Source of the DNA: Thermoanaerobaculia bacterium
GTDB taxonomy: Bacteria; Acidobacteriota; Thermoanaerobaculia; Multivoradales; UBA5704
Assembly: GCA_035308185.1 (NCBI GenBank)
Contig: DATGHG010000502.1
Coordinates: forward strand, 1 to 62,996
Length of the DNA: 62,996 nucleotides
Direction of reading: 5' to 3'
Within the stretch, counting starts at the first letter, position 1, and the number at the start of each line of letters is the position of its first letter. The notes beneath the pieces are model-generated. The model ran no database searches and had not been told where the DNA came from. It saw only the letters and a program-made list of their open reading frames with translations. Shown here piece by piece: positions 36,751 to 46,021 of this stretch. Position numbers and translations under genes: made by a program.

Positions 36751-38282
36751 CCCCTCCGGGAAGCTGGTCGCGCCGCGCCGCCGAGCGGTGGATCTGGACC
36801 GGCTTCGGCGCCGGGTTGCTGCTGCTGGCGCTGATGGTGATGCGCAGCCAGGTCGGCGGCGATCAGCTCAACCTGCTGGCGCGCGGCTGGCTGCTGGCGG
36901 CGCGCCGGCAGATGGTCTGGTTCGGCAACCCGCTGTCGACCGGCGGCAAGGTGCCGGGCGGGGTCACCAGCCTGCTGGTCGGGTTGCCGCTGCTGCTGTG
37001 GCGCGACCACCGCGCCGCTACCGCGGTGGTCGCGCTCTGCCACCTGGCGGCGTTCCTGCTGCTCGACCGCACTCTCGCCCGCATCGTCGGGCAGCGGGAA
37101 CGACTGCTGTTCGTCGTCCTCTACTGGTTGAGCCCGTGGCAGCTCTATTTCGGCAGCTTCCTGTGGAACCCGAACTATCTCTTCCTGGGCGGCGCCCTGC
37201 ATCTTGCCACCGCCTGGCGGCTGCGCCGCGGGCCGCGATTCGGAGCCTCGCTGCTGCATGCCGCGACGCTGGTGCTGGCCTTGCAGATCCACCCGGCCTT
37301 CCTGCTGCTGGTGACGGCGTCGGCGCTGCTCTGGTGGCGCGGCTACCTGCGGCCGCATGCCGGCGGCGCGCTGGCGGGCGCGGCGCTCGGCGCCCTGCCG
37401 TTGCTGCCCTGGGCCTGGGAGGTGCTGTCCCATCCGGCGCTGATCGGCGAAGTGCACAAGGGATTCCCGGGCCGCGGGCTGATCTTCTCCCTGCCGCGCG
37501 GCGTCTTCTACTGGCTGCGCTACTCCTCGCTCGCGCTGGCCGGCAGGAGCGGGTCGTTCGACTTCACCGAAGCCTTCGGCGCCGCCGCCGATCACCGCCT
37601 GACGCCGGTCTTCCGGGCTCTCACCACCTGGGTCGGCCCGGCCACCGTGGTGCTGCCGCTCGTTGCCAACCTCTGGCTTTGGCGCTCCTACCGCAAACGC
37701 TCGCGGCAAGGCGCGGCCGTGGAGCACGGCCCGCTGCCGGGGCCGGACCGGCGCGCGGCGAACGGCCGCCGGGCGCGGCTGGTGCCGCCGAGACTGGCGC
37801 GGCTGGTGCCTCTGGCGCGGCTGGTGCGGTTGGCCCGGTTGGCGCGGTTGGAGGATACCGCCTCGGACCGCGACTGGCTGCGCGGCTACGTCGTGCTCAC
37901 TTTCCTGGCCGCCGCCGCCGTCTACATCGTGTCGCCCACCACCATGATGTACTGGCAGGGGCTCTGCCTCTTCCACGCCGCGGTGCTGCCGCTCACCCTC
38001 TACGGCGGGCTGCTGCTGCGCACCCGCCATGCCCGGCGGGTGCTGGCCGGCGCCGCCGCCTATGCCGCCCTCGAACTGGCGCTGGTCTTCGGCATCGCTT
38101 TCGGCACCCCCGATTACCGCTGCCACGGGCTTGAAACGGTCGTCTTTCCGCTGGTCGGCGACTCGCCGATGTTCCACGATCTCCACATCCAGGAGACCTG
38201 TCCCTGGCCGCTCGGCGATCCGCACGGCTGGTGGCCGGACGTGCTGCCGCGCCCCGGCGAGCCGGGAGGCGCTGTATGGTAA
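36747..38282 (+). CDS. Polytopic membrane protein, possibly a GT-C-fold glycosyltransferase (hypothetical)
   Basis: 3' portion of ORF 35844..38282. A candidate TTG at 36747 overlaps the previous TGA. About 10 TM helices, e.g. WIWTGFGAGLLLLALMV, FVVLYWLSPWQLYF. Family not recognised. Confidence 0.55.
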   Translation: MTPPGSWSRRAAERWIWTGFGAGLLLLALMVMRSQVGGDQLNLLARGWLLAARRQMVWFGNPLSTGGKVPGGVTSLLVGLPLLLWRDHRAATAVVALCHLAAFLLLDRTLARIVGQRERLLFVVLYWLSPWQLYFGSFLWNPNYLFLGGALHLATAWRLRRGPRFGASLLHAATLVLALQIHPAFLLLVTASALLWWRGYLRPHAGGALAGAALGALPLLPWAWEVLSHPALIGEVHKGFPGRGLIFSLPRGVFYWLRYSSLALAGRSGSFDFTEAFGAAADHRLTPVFRALTTWVGPATVVLPLVANLWLWRSYRKRSRQGAAVEHGPLPGPDRRAANGRRARLVPPRLARLVPLARLVRLARLARLEDTASDRDWLRGYVVLTFLAAAAVYIVSPTTMMYWQGLCLFHAAVLPLTLYGGLLLRTRHARRVLAGAAAYAALELALVFGIAFGTPDYRCHGLETVVFPLVGDSPMFHDLHIQETCPWPLGDPHGWWPDVLPRPGEPGGAVW

Positions 38283-38333
38283 ATTTGCTGAAATAAAAGT
38301 ACCTCATGCCGTCACGCCAGGAGGAGGCCTGCC

Positions 38334-40343
38334 ATGTCCGAGCCCAATGGTTCCGATCGCATCGTGAGCTGCGCCATCCATCCCTCGATCGGCATCGCCC
38401 GGGTGGGCAACGCTCCGGAGGATTTCTTCCTGGCGCCGGAGGTGCCGGGAGCGGCGCCCGATCCGGGAGCGCCGGGGTTCAAGACCGCCAAAGGGGAGGT
38501 CAAGCGCGAGGCGGTGCGCTTCCGCGTCTATGGCTACGACGCGGCAGGGCGGGTGGTCCGGGAGCTCACCGCCGACGATGCCGCCATCCAATGGCAGGCG
38601 CATCTCGCCAATCGCAAGGCGGCCTGGTATCAGTTCAACAACGCGCTCGACCTGAAGCAGTACGCGATGCCGAGCGCCTTCCGCAACTCCGCGATCACCG
38701 GCGTGCTCCGCGAGCAACTGGTGATCGATCCCGGGCCGAAGGAGATCTCCGGACGGAACCGGCATGGCGCGCGGTACCGCTGCGATCAGGGCTACGTGAA
38801 CTTCAACGCCGGCAACGGGCCGCATCAGGTGCCGCTGGGCGAACTGCGGACCGACGAGCAGGGGCGCCTCATCGTCCTGGGTGGCTTCGGCAAATCGGCG
38901 TCGGACAGCGGCTCGCCGGCGACGACGTTCGCCAACAACGACGGCTGGTACGACGACGTGTCGGATGGGCCAGTGCGAGCGCGGGTGAAGCTGGCGGACG
39001 GCCGCGTGCTCGAGGCCGCGCCGGCGATGGTGGCGGTGACGCCGCCCAATTTCGGCCAGGGCCTCTACGGCGCGGTCACCATGTACGACGTGGTCTACGA
39101 CCTCTTCCTGCGCCAGGGCTGGCTGGCGCCGCCGGCGCAGCTGCGGTTCTGGGACGACATCTACCCGCTCTTCGAGCGGCTGGTGGGCAACCAGTGGGTG
39201 AGCGAGGGGATGTTCTTCCTATTCGGCGCCGGCTCGCCGAGCGACCTCACGGAGCCGGCGCTGCTGGCGCGCCTGGCGAGCCCCGATGCGGCGCACCGCG
39301 AGGAGCGGGAGTCGCTCTGCCGGTGGTTCCGCAAGCCGCCGCCGCCCTGGGACGCCCCCGGCGAGCGGGCGCAGCTGCCGCCGCCCCGGCATGCCAAGCT
39401 GCCGCCGTTCTATGGCGACGGCGTCGATTACCAGACGACCACGATCTACGACCTCGCCGTCACCACCACCCAATACGACTGGTTGCAGCGCTGGGCGGCG
39501 GGAGATTTCGTTCCCGGCGAGCGGCGGCCGGCGCCGCGCCGCCTCGACGAGATCCCGCTGCAGGAGCAGCCGGCGGCGCTCGACCGCGCACCGCTCGAGA
39601 GCTGCCTGGGTGGACCGTTCCACCCCGGGATCGAGCTGACCTGGCCGATGCGGGTGCCGGCGATGTGGCAGCGGCCGGACCCGCTGCCGTTCCGGCTCAA
39701 CATCCTGCCGCCGGACCGCGAGCCGCGTGACGACTTCGGCACCATCCTGACGCCGGCGATCGCGCTGTCGGTGGAGGGCCCGTGCGCGGCCAGCGGCCCC
39801 CGCACGCTCACCCGCTGGATGGGCGTGCCATGGCAGACCGACGAGGCGAGCTGTCTCGACGGCTACGACACCTCCACCTACCTGCCGCTGCCGTCGTTCT
39901 GGGCGGCGCGGGTGCCCAACGAGGTGCTGAGCCTGGAGTCCTTCGAGCGGCTCGGCGCGGCCGAGCTGCCGGAGCTGCAGCGCACCAAGCACCTGGCCTA
40001 CCGGCAGTTCTGGCTGCGCGACCTGATCAAGGGGGCGGGCAGCAGCTACCAGGGGCGCATCAACAACATGGTGAAGCAGTGGCACCTGCTGGGAATCGTC
40101 GCCGAGCATCCCGCGCCGGCGGCGGCCGAGGTTCCGGGCTGGCCGGAGCGCTACTGGGTCGAGAGCCAGCGCAGCCGGACGTTCAGCGCCAAGGATCCGA
40201 CCTGGCGCCAGACCCTGCGCGCCGAGCACGCGGTCGCGGACGACGAGGCGGCGCCTGCGGAGTCGGCGCTGCTCAGGAGCGTGGCCCCGGCCTCGGCGCC
40301 ACAGGAGGAGCCGCAGCACCCGGTCCGGCGCGACGAGCGTTGA
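38334..40343 (+). CDS. lodA: LodA/GoxA-family CTQ quinoprotein amino-acid oxidase
   Basis: IHPSIGIARVGN, HLANRKAAWYQF, LGELRTDEQGRLIVLGGFG, DGWYDDVSDGPV, CLGGPFHPGIELTW, WMGVPWQTDEASC. Strong AGGAGGAGG RBS. Confidence 0.85.
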   Translation: MSEPNGSDRIVSCAIHPSIGIARVGNAPEDFFLAPEVPGAAPDPGAPGFKTAKGEVKREAVRFRVYGYDAAGRVVRELTADDAAIQWQAHLANRKAAWYQFNNALDLKQYAMPSAFRNSAITGVLREQLVIDPGPKEISGRNRHGARYRCDQGYVNFNAGNGPHQVPLGELRTDEQGRLIVLGGFGKSASDSGSPATTFANNDGWYDDVSDGPVRARVKLADGRVLEAAPAMVAVTPPNFGQGLYGAVTMYDVVYDLFLRQGWLAPPAQLRFWDDIYPLFERLVGNQWVSEGMFFLFGAGSPSDLTEPALLARLASPDAAHREERESLCRWFRKPPPPWDAPGERAQLPPPRHAKLPPFYGDGVDYQTTTIYDLAVTTTQYDWLQRWAAGDFVPGERRPAPRRLDEIPLQEQPAALDRAPLESCLGGPFHPGIELTWPMRVPAMWQRPDPLPFRLNILPPDREPRDDFGTILTPAIALSVEGPCAASGPRTLTRWMGVPWQTDEASCLDGYDTSTYLPLPSFWAARVPNEVLSLESFERLGAAELPELQRTKHLAYRQFWLRDLIKGAGSSYQGRINNMVKQWHLLGIVAEHPAPAAAEVPGWPERYWVESQRSRTFSAKDPTWRQTLRAEHAVADDEAAPAESALLRSVAPASAPQEEPQHPVRRDER

Positions 40344-41494
40344 GGCCGCAGGTGGCGATCGTGGGCGGCGGCCCCGCTGGCGCGGTCGCCGCCCTGGTCC
40401 TCGCCCGCCGCGGGGTGCGGGTCACCGTCCTCGAAGCGCGCCCCGCGCCCGCGGCGAAGCCCGGCGAATGCCTGCCGCCGAGCCTCACGCCGCTGCTGCG
40501 GCGGCTGGGGCTGGACGACCTGCTCGCCGCGGACGGCCATCTGCGCTCCCACGGCAATCGCTTCGTCTGGGGCGCGGCGGCACCGGGCGAAAGGTCATTC
40601 CTCGCCGGGACCCGCGGCGACGGCTGGCACGTCGACCGCCGCCGCTTCGAGGCGCGGCTCGCCGAGCAGGCTTGCGCCGCCGGGGCCGAGTGGCGATGGG
40701 GGTGCCGCGTCGTGCGGTGCGTCCGCGGCGAGGCGGCATGGCGGCTAGAGATCGAGGCAGGCGGCCGGCGACAGGAGCTGGCGGCGGCACTTGTCGCCGA
40801 CGCCACGGGCCGCCCGGCGCGCCTCGCCCGCCGCCTGGGGGCGCGGCGCCTGCGCTACGACCGCCTGGTCGGGGTCGCCGGGCTGCTGGCGAGCGCCACG
40901 CCGGCGGCGGACTCCTACACGCTCGTCGAGGCGACGCCGGAGGGATGGTGGTACACGGCGCTGCTCGCCGACGGGCGGCTGGCGGCGGCGGTCTTTGGCG
41001 ACGGCGACCTGCTGCCGCGCCCGCTGCTCCATCCGGCGAGCGCCGCGGACCTGTGGTGGCGGCTGCTGGGCGCGACGTCGGCGACGCGCGAGCGGGTGGC
41101 GGGACATGGATACCGGCAAGCCGATCTGGTCTTGCAGGTGGTGCCGGCGGAGAGCTCGCGCCTGGACGTCATCGCCGGGGAAGGCTGGCTGGCGCTCGGC
41201 GACGCGGCGGCGGCCTACGATCCCCTCTCCTCCCACGGCATCGGTTCGGCGATGGGCTCCGGCTTCTACGGCGGGCAGGCCGCCGCCGACCTGCTGGCCG
41301 GCCGCGACGAGGCCCGGCCGGCCTACCTGGAGCTGATGCAGAACGCCTATGGTGCCTACCTGGATCTCCAGCGCCGATGCTACGCCCAGGAGCGGCGCTG
41401 GCCGGAGGCGCCGTTCTGGCGCCGGCGGCATGATCCGGCGTACTGCCTGGCACCCTTAGGGGGCGACCCGCCGGATCGGGCTCAGGCTTCCTGA
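40340..41494 (+). CDS. lodB: LodB/GoxB-like FAD-dependent flavoprotein (CTQ-biogenesis partner)
   Basis: VAIVGGGPAGAVAALVLARRGVRVTVLE (dinucleotide fold), GEGWLALGDAAAAYDPLSSHGI. Start is TTG 40340 or GTG 40352, overlapping or abutting the lodA stop. Confidence 0.75.
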   Translation: MRPQVAIVGGGPAGAVAALVLARRGVRVTVLEARPAPAAKPGECLPPSLTPLLRRLGLDDLLAADGHLRSHGNRFVWGAAAPGERSFLAGTRGDGWHVDRRRFEARLAEQACAAGAEWRWGCRVVRCVRGEAAWRLEIEAGGRRQELAAALVADATGRPARLARRLGARRLRYDRLVGVAGLLASATPAADSYTLVEATPEGWWYTALLADGRLAAAVFGDGDLLPRPLLHPASAADLWWRLLGATSATRERVAGHGYRQADLVLQVVPAESSRLDVIAGEGWLALGDAAAAYDPLSSHGIGSAMGSGFYGGQAAADLLAGRDEARPAYLELMQNAYGAYLDLQRRCYAQERRWPEAPFWRRRHDPAYCLAPLGGDPPDRAQAS

Positions 41495-43086
41495 TGCTCG
41501 GGGCGGAGGAGGTCGAGGATCGTCTTGACCGGGGCGAAGGTGGCGTTCGGGATCTCGACGAAGACGGTGTTCCAGCCGGCCATGGCGCCGTTCCAGAGGC
41601 CGGGACGTTCGAGCGCCTGGAGCGGGCGCCCCTCGTGCGATTTGGCGGCGATGAACACCGTCGCGGGATCGACGAAGCGGTCGAGCTCGTAGGGGCGCCC
41701 GGCGTGGTCGTGCAGGGCGCAGGCGACGTCGACCGGATTGAAATGGGTGGAGGCGGCGAACGCCGCCTGCTGGTCGGGCTCGGGTCCGATCTGCGAGGCC
41801 TCGACGATCTGCAGCGACACCTCGCCCGCCGGCGATTCGACCCAGAACGGCCCACCGCCCGGCTCGCCGGTGTTGCGCACCACCCCGGCGACCCGCAGCG
41901 GGCGGTCGAGCGCCTGCCACAGCACATGCCGCTGCTCCGCCGGGCTCGCCTCGGCAAATCCCGGCGGCAGCTGGCGCGATAGCTCGAACTCCACGAAGCG
42001 GCCGGCCTCCTCGATCAGCTCTTCGTCGGGTAGGTCCGAGGCGAGCTCCGCGAGCAGCCGGCAGGTGCGGTCACGCAGGGCCAGCAGCAGCCCGCCCAGC
42101 AGCCGCTGCCAGCGCGTGACCTCCGGCTTCAGGCGGTCCGGCACCACGTTGTCGATGTTCTTGAGCACCACCACGCCGGCGCCACCATCCGCCATCTCCT
42201 GCAGGTTGGCGAGCAGCGCGCCGTGGCCGCCGGGGCGGAACAGCAAGGAGCCGTCGGCAAGCCGGAACGGCTGCTGGGCGGGGTCCACGGCCAGGGTGTC
42301 GGTGGCGCGGCGCTGGTGGGAGAAGGTGACCTCGAAGCGGCACCCCAGCCGGCGCGCCAGCACCGCCTCCTTGCCGGCCAGCAGCGCACGGAAATCCGCC
42401 TCGTGCTGCGGCGACACCGAGAAATGCAGGCGACAGACGCCGTCGCGGTCGCGGGCATAGTCCGCCGCCTCCACCAGGTGCTCCTCGAACGGCGTGCGCG
42501 AACCGTCCGGATAGCGATGGAACAGGATCAGCCCTTTCGGTCGCTCGGCATAGCCGAGGCCGTCCGCAGCGAGCAGGCAGGCGAGGATCGCCCGGCGCCC
42601 CGCCGGGGTCGCTGCCGGCGCCCCGGCGGCGGCGGCATCAGGCTCGAGGGCGATGCCGCGGGCCGCGGCGGCGGCCGCCAGCTCCGCGAAGAAGGCGAAG
42701 CGCGGCAGCTCGGCGAAGAACGTCCGCACCTCGGCGGCAGGCTCCGGCGCCGGCCCGCCGGCACCGTGCTCGAATCGTTCGAGCTGCTCGAGATGCTCGA
42801 GCAGCGCCTTGAACAGGCGCGAGGCCGCTCCCGAGGCGGGCACCAGCTTGTGGATGGCGCCGCCGGCCGCCGCTTCCGCGAAGCGCGCCACGAGGCCGGG
42901 CTCGTCGTCGGGGAAGATGGCGCGGATGCCGTCGCCAAGGGTACAGGCGTGCCGCACCCGGGTGTGCGGCGGCGGGTTCCGGAACAGCTCGAGGTGGCGC
43001 CGCGTCTCCTCAGGCGCGATGCCCAGCTCCGCCATCTGACGGTAGTCCCCCGCGGTGAAGGCAGGCGATTCGATCGATTCGGTCAT
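41482..43086 (-). CDS. DUF4301-like protein (nucleotidyltransferase-like fold, function unknown)
   Basis: N-terminal FTAGDYRQMAELGIAPEETRRHLELF, LVPASGAASRLFK and PGGHGALL resemble DUF4301 / UDP-sugar pyrophosphorylase-like motifs, from memory. 13-nt convergent overlap with lodB. Confidence 0.55.
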   Translation of the reverse strand: MTESIESPAFTAGDYRQMAELGIAPEETRRHLELFRNPPPHTRVRHACTLGDGIRAIFPDDEPGLVARFAEAAAGGAIHKLVPASGAASRLFKALLEHLEQLERFEHGAGGPAPEPAAEVRTFFAELPRFAFFAELAAAAAARGIALEPDAAAAGAPAATPAGRRAILACLLAADGLGYAERPKGLILFHRYPDGSRTPFEEHLVEAADYARDRDGVCRLHFSVSPQHEADFRALLAGKEAVLARRLGCRFEVTFSHQRRATDTLAVDPAQQPFRLADGSLLFRPGGHGALLANLQEMADGGAGVVVLKNIDNVVPDRLKPEVTRWQRLLGGLLLALRDRTCRLLAELASDLPDEELIEEAGRFVEFELSRQLPPGFAEASPAEQRHVLWQALDRPLRVAGVVRNTGEPGGGPFWVESPAGEVSLQIVEASQIGPEPDQQAAFAASTHFNPVDVACALHDHAGRPYELDRFVDPATVFIAAKSHEGRPLQALERPGLWNGAMAGWNTVFVEIPNATFAPVKTILDLLRPEHQEA

Positions 43087-43203
43087 GGCTGCATGCGGCT
43101 CCCTCGCTCGCTGGCTCCGGATCTCCGGCCCGCCGGGTCATCGGCATCCCTGGAGCATCGGGCCTGCAGCATCTTTGCCAGCTCGCCCCGCGCGATTTTG
43201 GAG

Positions 43204-43240
43204 ATTGGCGATTGGAGATTGGCGTGCGGCGATTGGCGAT
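43204..43240. repeat. Three ATTGGCG(A/T) boxes at exact 14-bp spacing
   Basis: ATTGGCGAT at 43204, ATTGGCGT at 43218 and ATTGGCGAT at 43232. They lie between the rfbC stop (43242) and the DUF4301-like start (43086). Confidence 0.8.
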
Positions 43241-43241
43241 C

Positions 43242-43817
43242 CTACCCGGACGGCGACAGCAGGCCACGGTAGGCGGCGAGCCGCGGTCGCAGGTCGGCAA
43301 GGCGCGGCCAGGTGCGGTCGCGGTCGTTGAGCAGCGGCTCGCCCGGCGGCCACCGGATCCCGACCTCCGGGTCGTCCCAGACCAGCCCGATCTCGTCGGG
43401 GCGGTCGTAGAGGCCGGTGCACTTGTACTCCACGTGGGCGGTGTCGCTCAGGACGAGGAAGCCGTGAGCGCACCCCGGCGGCACGTAGAGCTGGCGGCAG
43501 TCGTCCCCCGACAGCACCTCCGAGACCCAGCGCCCGAAGGCCGGCGAGTCCGGCCGCAGATCCACCGCGACGTCGAAGACCTGGCCGACGACGGCCCGCA
43601 CCAACTTGCCCTGGGGGTGGTGGAGCTGCGCGTGCATGCCGCGCAGCACGCCGCGCACCGACGAGAACGAATGGTTGTCCTGCACGAACTCGCCGGGCAG
43701 GCCCGCTTCCAGGAACTTGCGGCGATGGAAGGTCTCGAGGAAGTAGCCGCGCGGGTCGATGAAGACGTCCGGCTCGACCACCAGCACGCCGGGAATGCTC
43801 GTCGGAGTGACTTTCAC
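43242..43817 (-). CDS. rfbC: dTDP-4-dehydrorhamnose 3,5-epimerase
   Basis: IPGVLVVEPDVFIDPRGYFLETF, RGMHAQ, KLVRAVVGQVFDVAVDLR, LYVPPGCAHGF. GTG start overlaps the rfbB stop. Confidence 0.92.
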   Translation of the reverse strand: MKVTPTSIPGVLVVEPDVFIDPRGYFLETFHRRKFLEAGLPGEFVQDNHSFSSVRGVLRGMHAQLHHPQGKLVRAVVGQVFDVAVDLRPDSPAFGRWVSEVLSGDDCRQLYVPPGCAHGFLVLSDTAHVEYKCTGLYDRPDEIGLVWDDPEVGIRWPPGEPLLNDRDRTWPRLADLRPRLAAYRGLLSPSG

Positions 43818-44887
43818 GCCAGCGTGCCCAGGCCCAGGCGCTCGCGCCGATAGCGGTCGGCCTGGACGGCTTCGCACCACGCGCGGTGATCCAGGTACCA
43901 GCGGACGGTGGCGGCGATGCCGGAGGAGAAGTCGTGGCTCGGCTCCCAGGCGAGCTCGCGCCGGGCCTTGCCGTCGTCGATGGCGTAGCGCCGGTCGTGG
44001 CCGGGGCGGTCGGCGACGAAGCTCTTGAGGTCGCGGTAGGCAGCGGCGCCGCGGGTCGCCAGCGCCGGGTTGGCGGCCGCCGGCAGCTCGCGCTCCAGCA
44101 CCGCGCAGAGCTCGTCGACGATCTGCACGTTGGTGCGCTCGCTGCGCCCGCCCAGGTTGTATTTCTCGCCGGGCCGGCCGCGCTGCAGGGCCGCGAGCAG
44201 CCCGCGGCAGTGGTCGGCGACGTGCAGCCAGTCGCGCACGTTGCCGCCGTCGCCATAGATGGGCAGCGGGCGCCCCTCGACGGCGTTGAGCACCATCAGC
44301 GGGATCAGCTTCTCCGGGTACTGGTAGGGGCCGTAGTTGTTGGAGCAGTTGGTGATCAGCGTCGGCAGGCCGTAGGTCTCGCGGTAGGACCGCACCAGAT
44401 GATCGGCGGCGGCCTTCGACGCGGCATACGGCGAGTTCGGCGCGTAGGGAGTGGTCTCGCTGAAGGCGCCGTCCGGTCCCAGGCTGCCGTAGACCTCGTC
44501 GGTCGAGACATGCAGGAAGCGGAAGCCATCGCCGCTCGACGGCTGGCGGCGCGCCGCCTCCAACAGCTCGAAGGTGCCGGCGACGTTGGTGTGGATGAAG
44601 GCGCTGGCGTCGTCGATCGAGCGGTCGACGTGGGTCTCGGCGGCGAAGTTGAGCACCGCCTCTGGCCGGTGCTCGGCGAAGATGCGCCGCACCTCGGCGC
44701 GGTCGGCGATGTCGCCGGCGACGAAGGTCAGGCGGGGCTGGCCCCAGACGTCGGCGAGGTTCTCGAGGCTGCCGGCGTAGGTGAGCTTGTCGAGCACGAC
44801 CACCCGGGCGTCGGTCTCGGCGAGCGCCAGCCGCACGAAGTTGCAGCCGATGAAACCGGCGCCGCCGGTGACCAGGAGTGTTTGCAT
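43814..44887 (-). CDS. rfbB: dTDP-glucose 4,6-dehydratase
   Basis: LLVTGGAGFIGCNFV, HVSTDEVYG, YAASKAAADHLV, NCSNNYGPYQYPEKLIP. Confidence 0.95.
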   Translation of the reverse strand: MQTLLVTGGAGFIGCNFVRLALAETDARVVVLDKLTYAGSLENLADVWGQPRLTFVAGDIADRAEVRRIFAEHRPEAVLNFAAETHVDRSIDDASAFIHTNVAGTFELLEAARRQPSSGDGFRFLHVSTDEVYGSLGPDGAFSETTPYAPNSPYAASKAAADHLVRSYRETYGLPTLITNCSNNYGPYQYPEKLIPLMVLNAVEGRPLPIYGDGGNVRDWLHVADHCRGLLAALQRGRPGEKYNLGGRSERTNVQIVDELCAVLERELPAAANPALATRGAAAYRDLKSFVADRPGHDRRYAIDDGKARRELAWEPSHDFSSGIAATVRWYLDHRAWCEAVQADRYRRERLGLGTLA

Positions 44888-44975
44888 GGGGCCGTCGCCA
44901 GCGGGAAGTATATACAATCGCCGCCGGCCGGCCGGGCACGCCGGCCTCGCGAGCCGACCTCCGGAGGAGCCCACC

Positions 44976-45785
44976 TTGACCCCCATGCAAGCGATCGTGC
45001 TGTCGCTGGTCCAGGCAGTGACCGAGTTCCTGCCGATCAGCTCGTCGGGCCACCTCATCTTGGTGCCCTATTTCCTGGGCTGGCCGGACCAGGGGCTGTC
45101 GTTCGACGTCGCCGCCCACTTCGGGACCATGCTGGCGGTGGTGGCCTATTTCCGCGCCGAGCTGGTCGACCTGGTGACCGGCTTCTTCACCGGCGCGCCC
45201 GGGCGCCACGATTTCGACCCGCGCCGCCTGGGGTGGGCGCTGGTGGTGGGAACCATACCGGCGGCCCTGGCCGGCCTCGCCTTCGCGTCGACCATCGAGG
45301 CCCGCCTGCGCTCGCCGGCGCTGATCGCCTGCACCACCCTGGTCTATGGCTTGGTGCTGCTCTGGGCCGATCGCGCCGGGCGCCAGCAGCGGGACCTCGC
45401 CAGCCTCGGCCTGGGCGCCGCCCTGGTGATCGGCTTGGCGCAGGCGCTGGCCCTGGTACCCGGGACTTCGCGCTCCGGCATCACCATCACCGCCGCGCTG
45501 CTGCTCGGCTTCACCCGGCCGGTGGCGGCGCGCTTCGCCTTCCTGCTGTTCATCCCGGTGGGCCTGCTGGCCGGCGGCCACGACCTGCTCAAGCTGTGGC
45601 GCACCGGCGAGCTGTGGCACCAGATCACTCCCATCACGATCGCCATCGTGGTGTCGGGAGCGGCCGGGTACCTGGTCATCGGCTGGCTGCTGGGCTGGCT
45701 GCGCAGCCGTCCGCTGACGGTCTTCGTGGTCTACCGAGTGGTGCTGGCGGGAGTGATCGTCGCGACGCTCCTCGCGAGGCGGTAG
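44976..45785 (+). CDS. uppP: Undecaprenyl-diphosphate phosphatase
   Basis: VTEFLPISSSGHLIL, PGTSRSGITI. TTG 44976 has GGAGGAG 7 nt upstream; an alternative ATG is at 44985. Confidence 0.9.
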   Translation: MTPMQAIVLSLVQAVTEFLPISSSGHLILVPYFLGWPDQGLSFDVAAHFGTMLAVVAYFRAELVDLVTGFFTGAPGRHDFDPRRLGWALVVGTIPAALAGLAFASTIEARLRSPALIACTTLVYGLVLLWADRAGRQQRDLASLGLGAALVIGLAQALALVPGTSRSGITITAALLLGFTRPVAARFAFLLFIPVGLLAGGHDLLKLWRTGELWHQITPITIAIVVSGAAGYLVIGWLLGWLRSRPLTVFVVYRVVLAGVIVATLLARR

Positions 45786-45934
45786 CGAGTGCCGGGGCCG
45801 GGTCCACGGCGCGGGAAAAACCGTCGGTACCGGGGAGGGGTGTTACGGTGTTTTTCCATATTGACAAGGATCAATAAGTCGGGATACGGTGCTCGATGCG
45901 GGGAGGCAAGCTCCTCCTCTCATCCCTCCCGAAA

Positions 45935-45962
45935 AGGAGCGCCCAACGGCGCTCCTCTTTTT
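45935..45962. terminator. Bidirectional intrinsic terminator
   Basis: 9-bp stem AGGAGCGCC / GGCGCTCCT with loop CAAC. It is followed by CTTTTT on the plus strand and preceded by AAAA, which gives a T-run on the minus strand. It lies between convergent uppP and the CHI-like gene. Confidence 0.75.
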
Positions 45963-46021
45963 ATGTGGCGCCCGGAAGGCACCCGGGAAGAACCCCGGGG
46001 AAGGCCCCCCGCGAAAGCATC

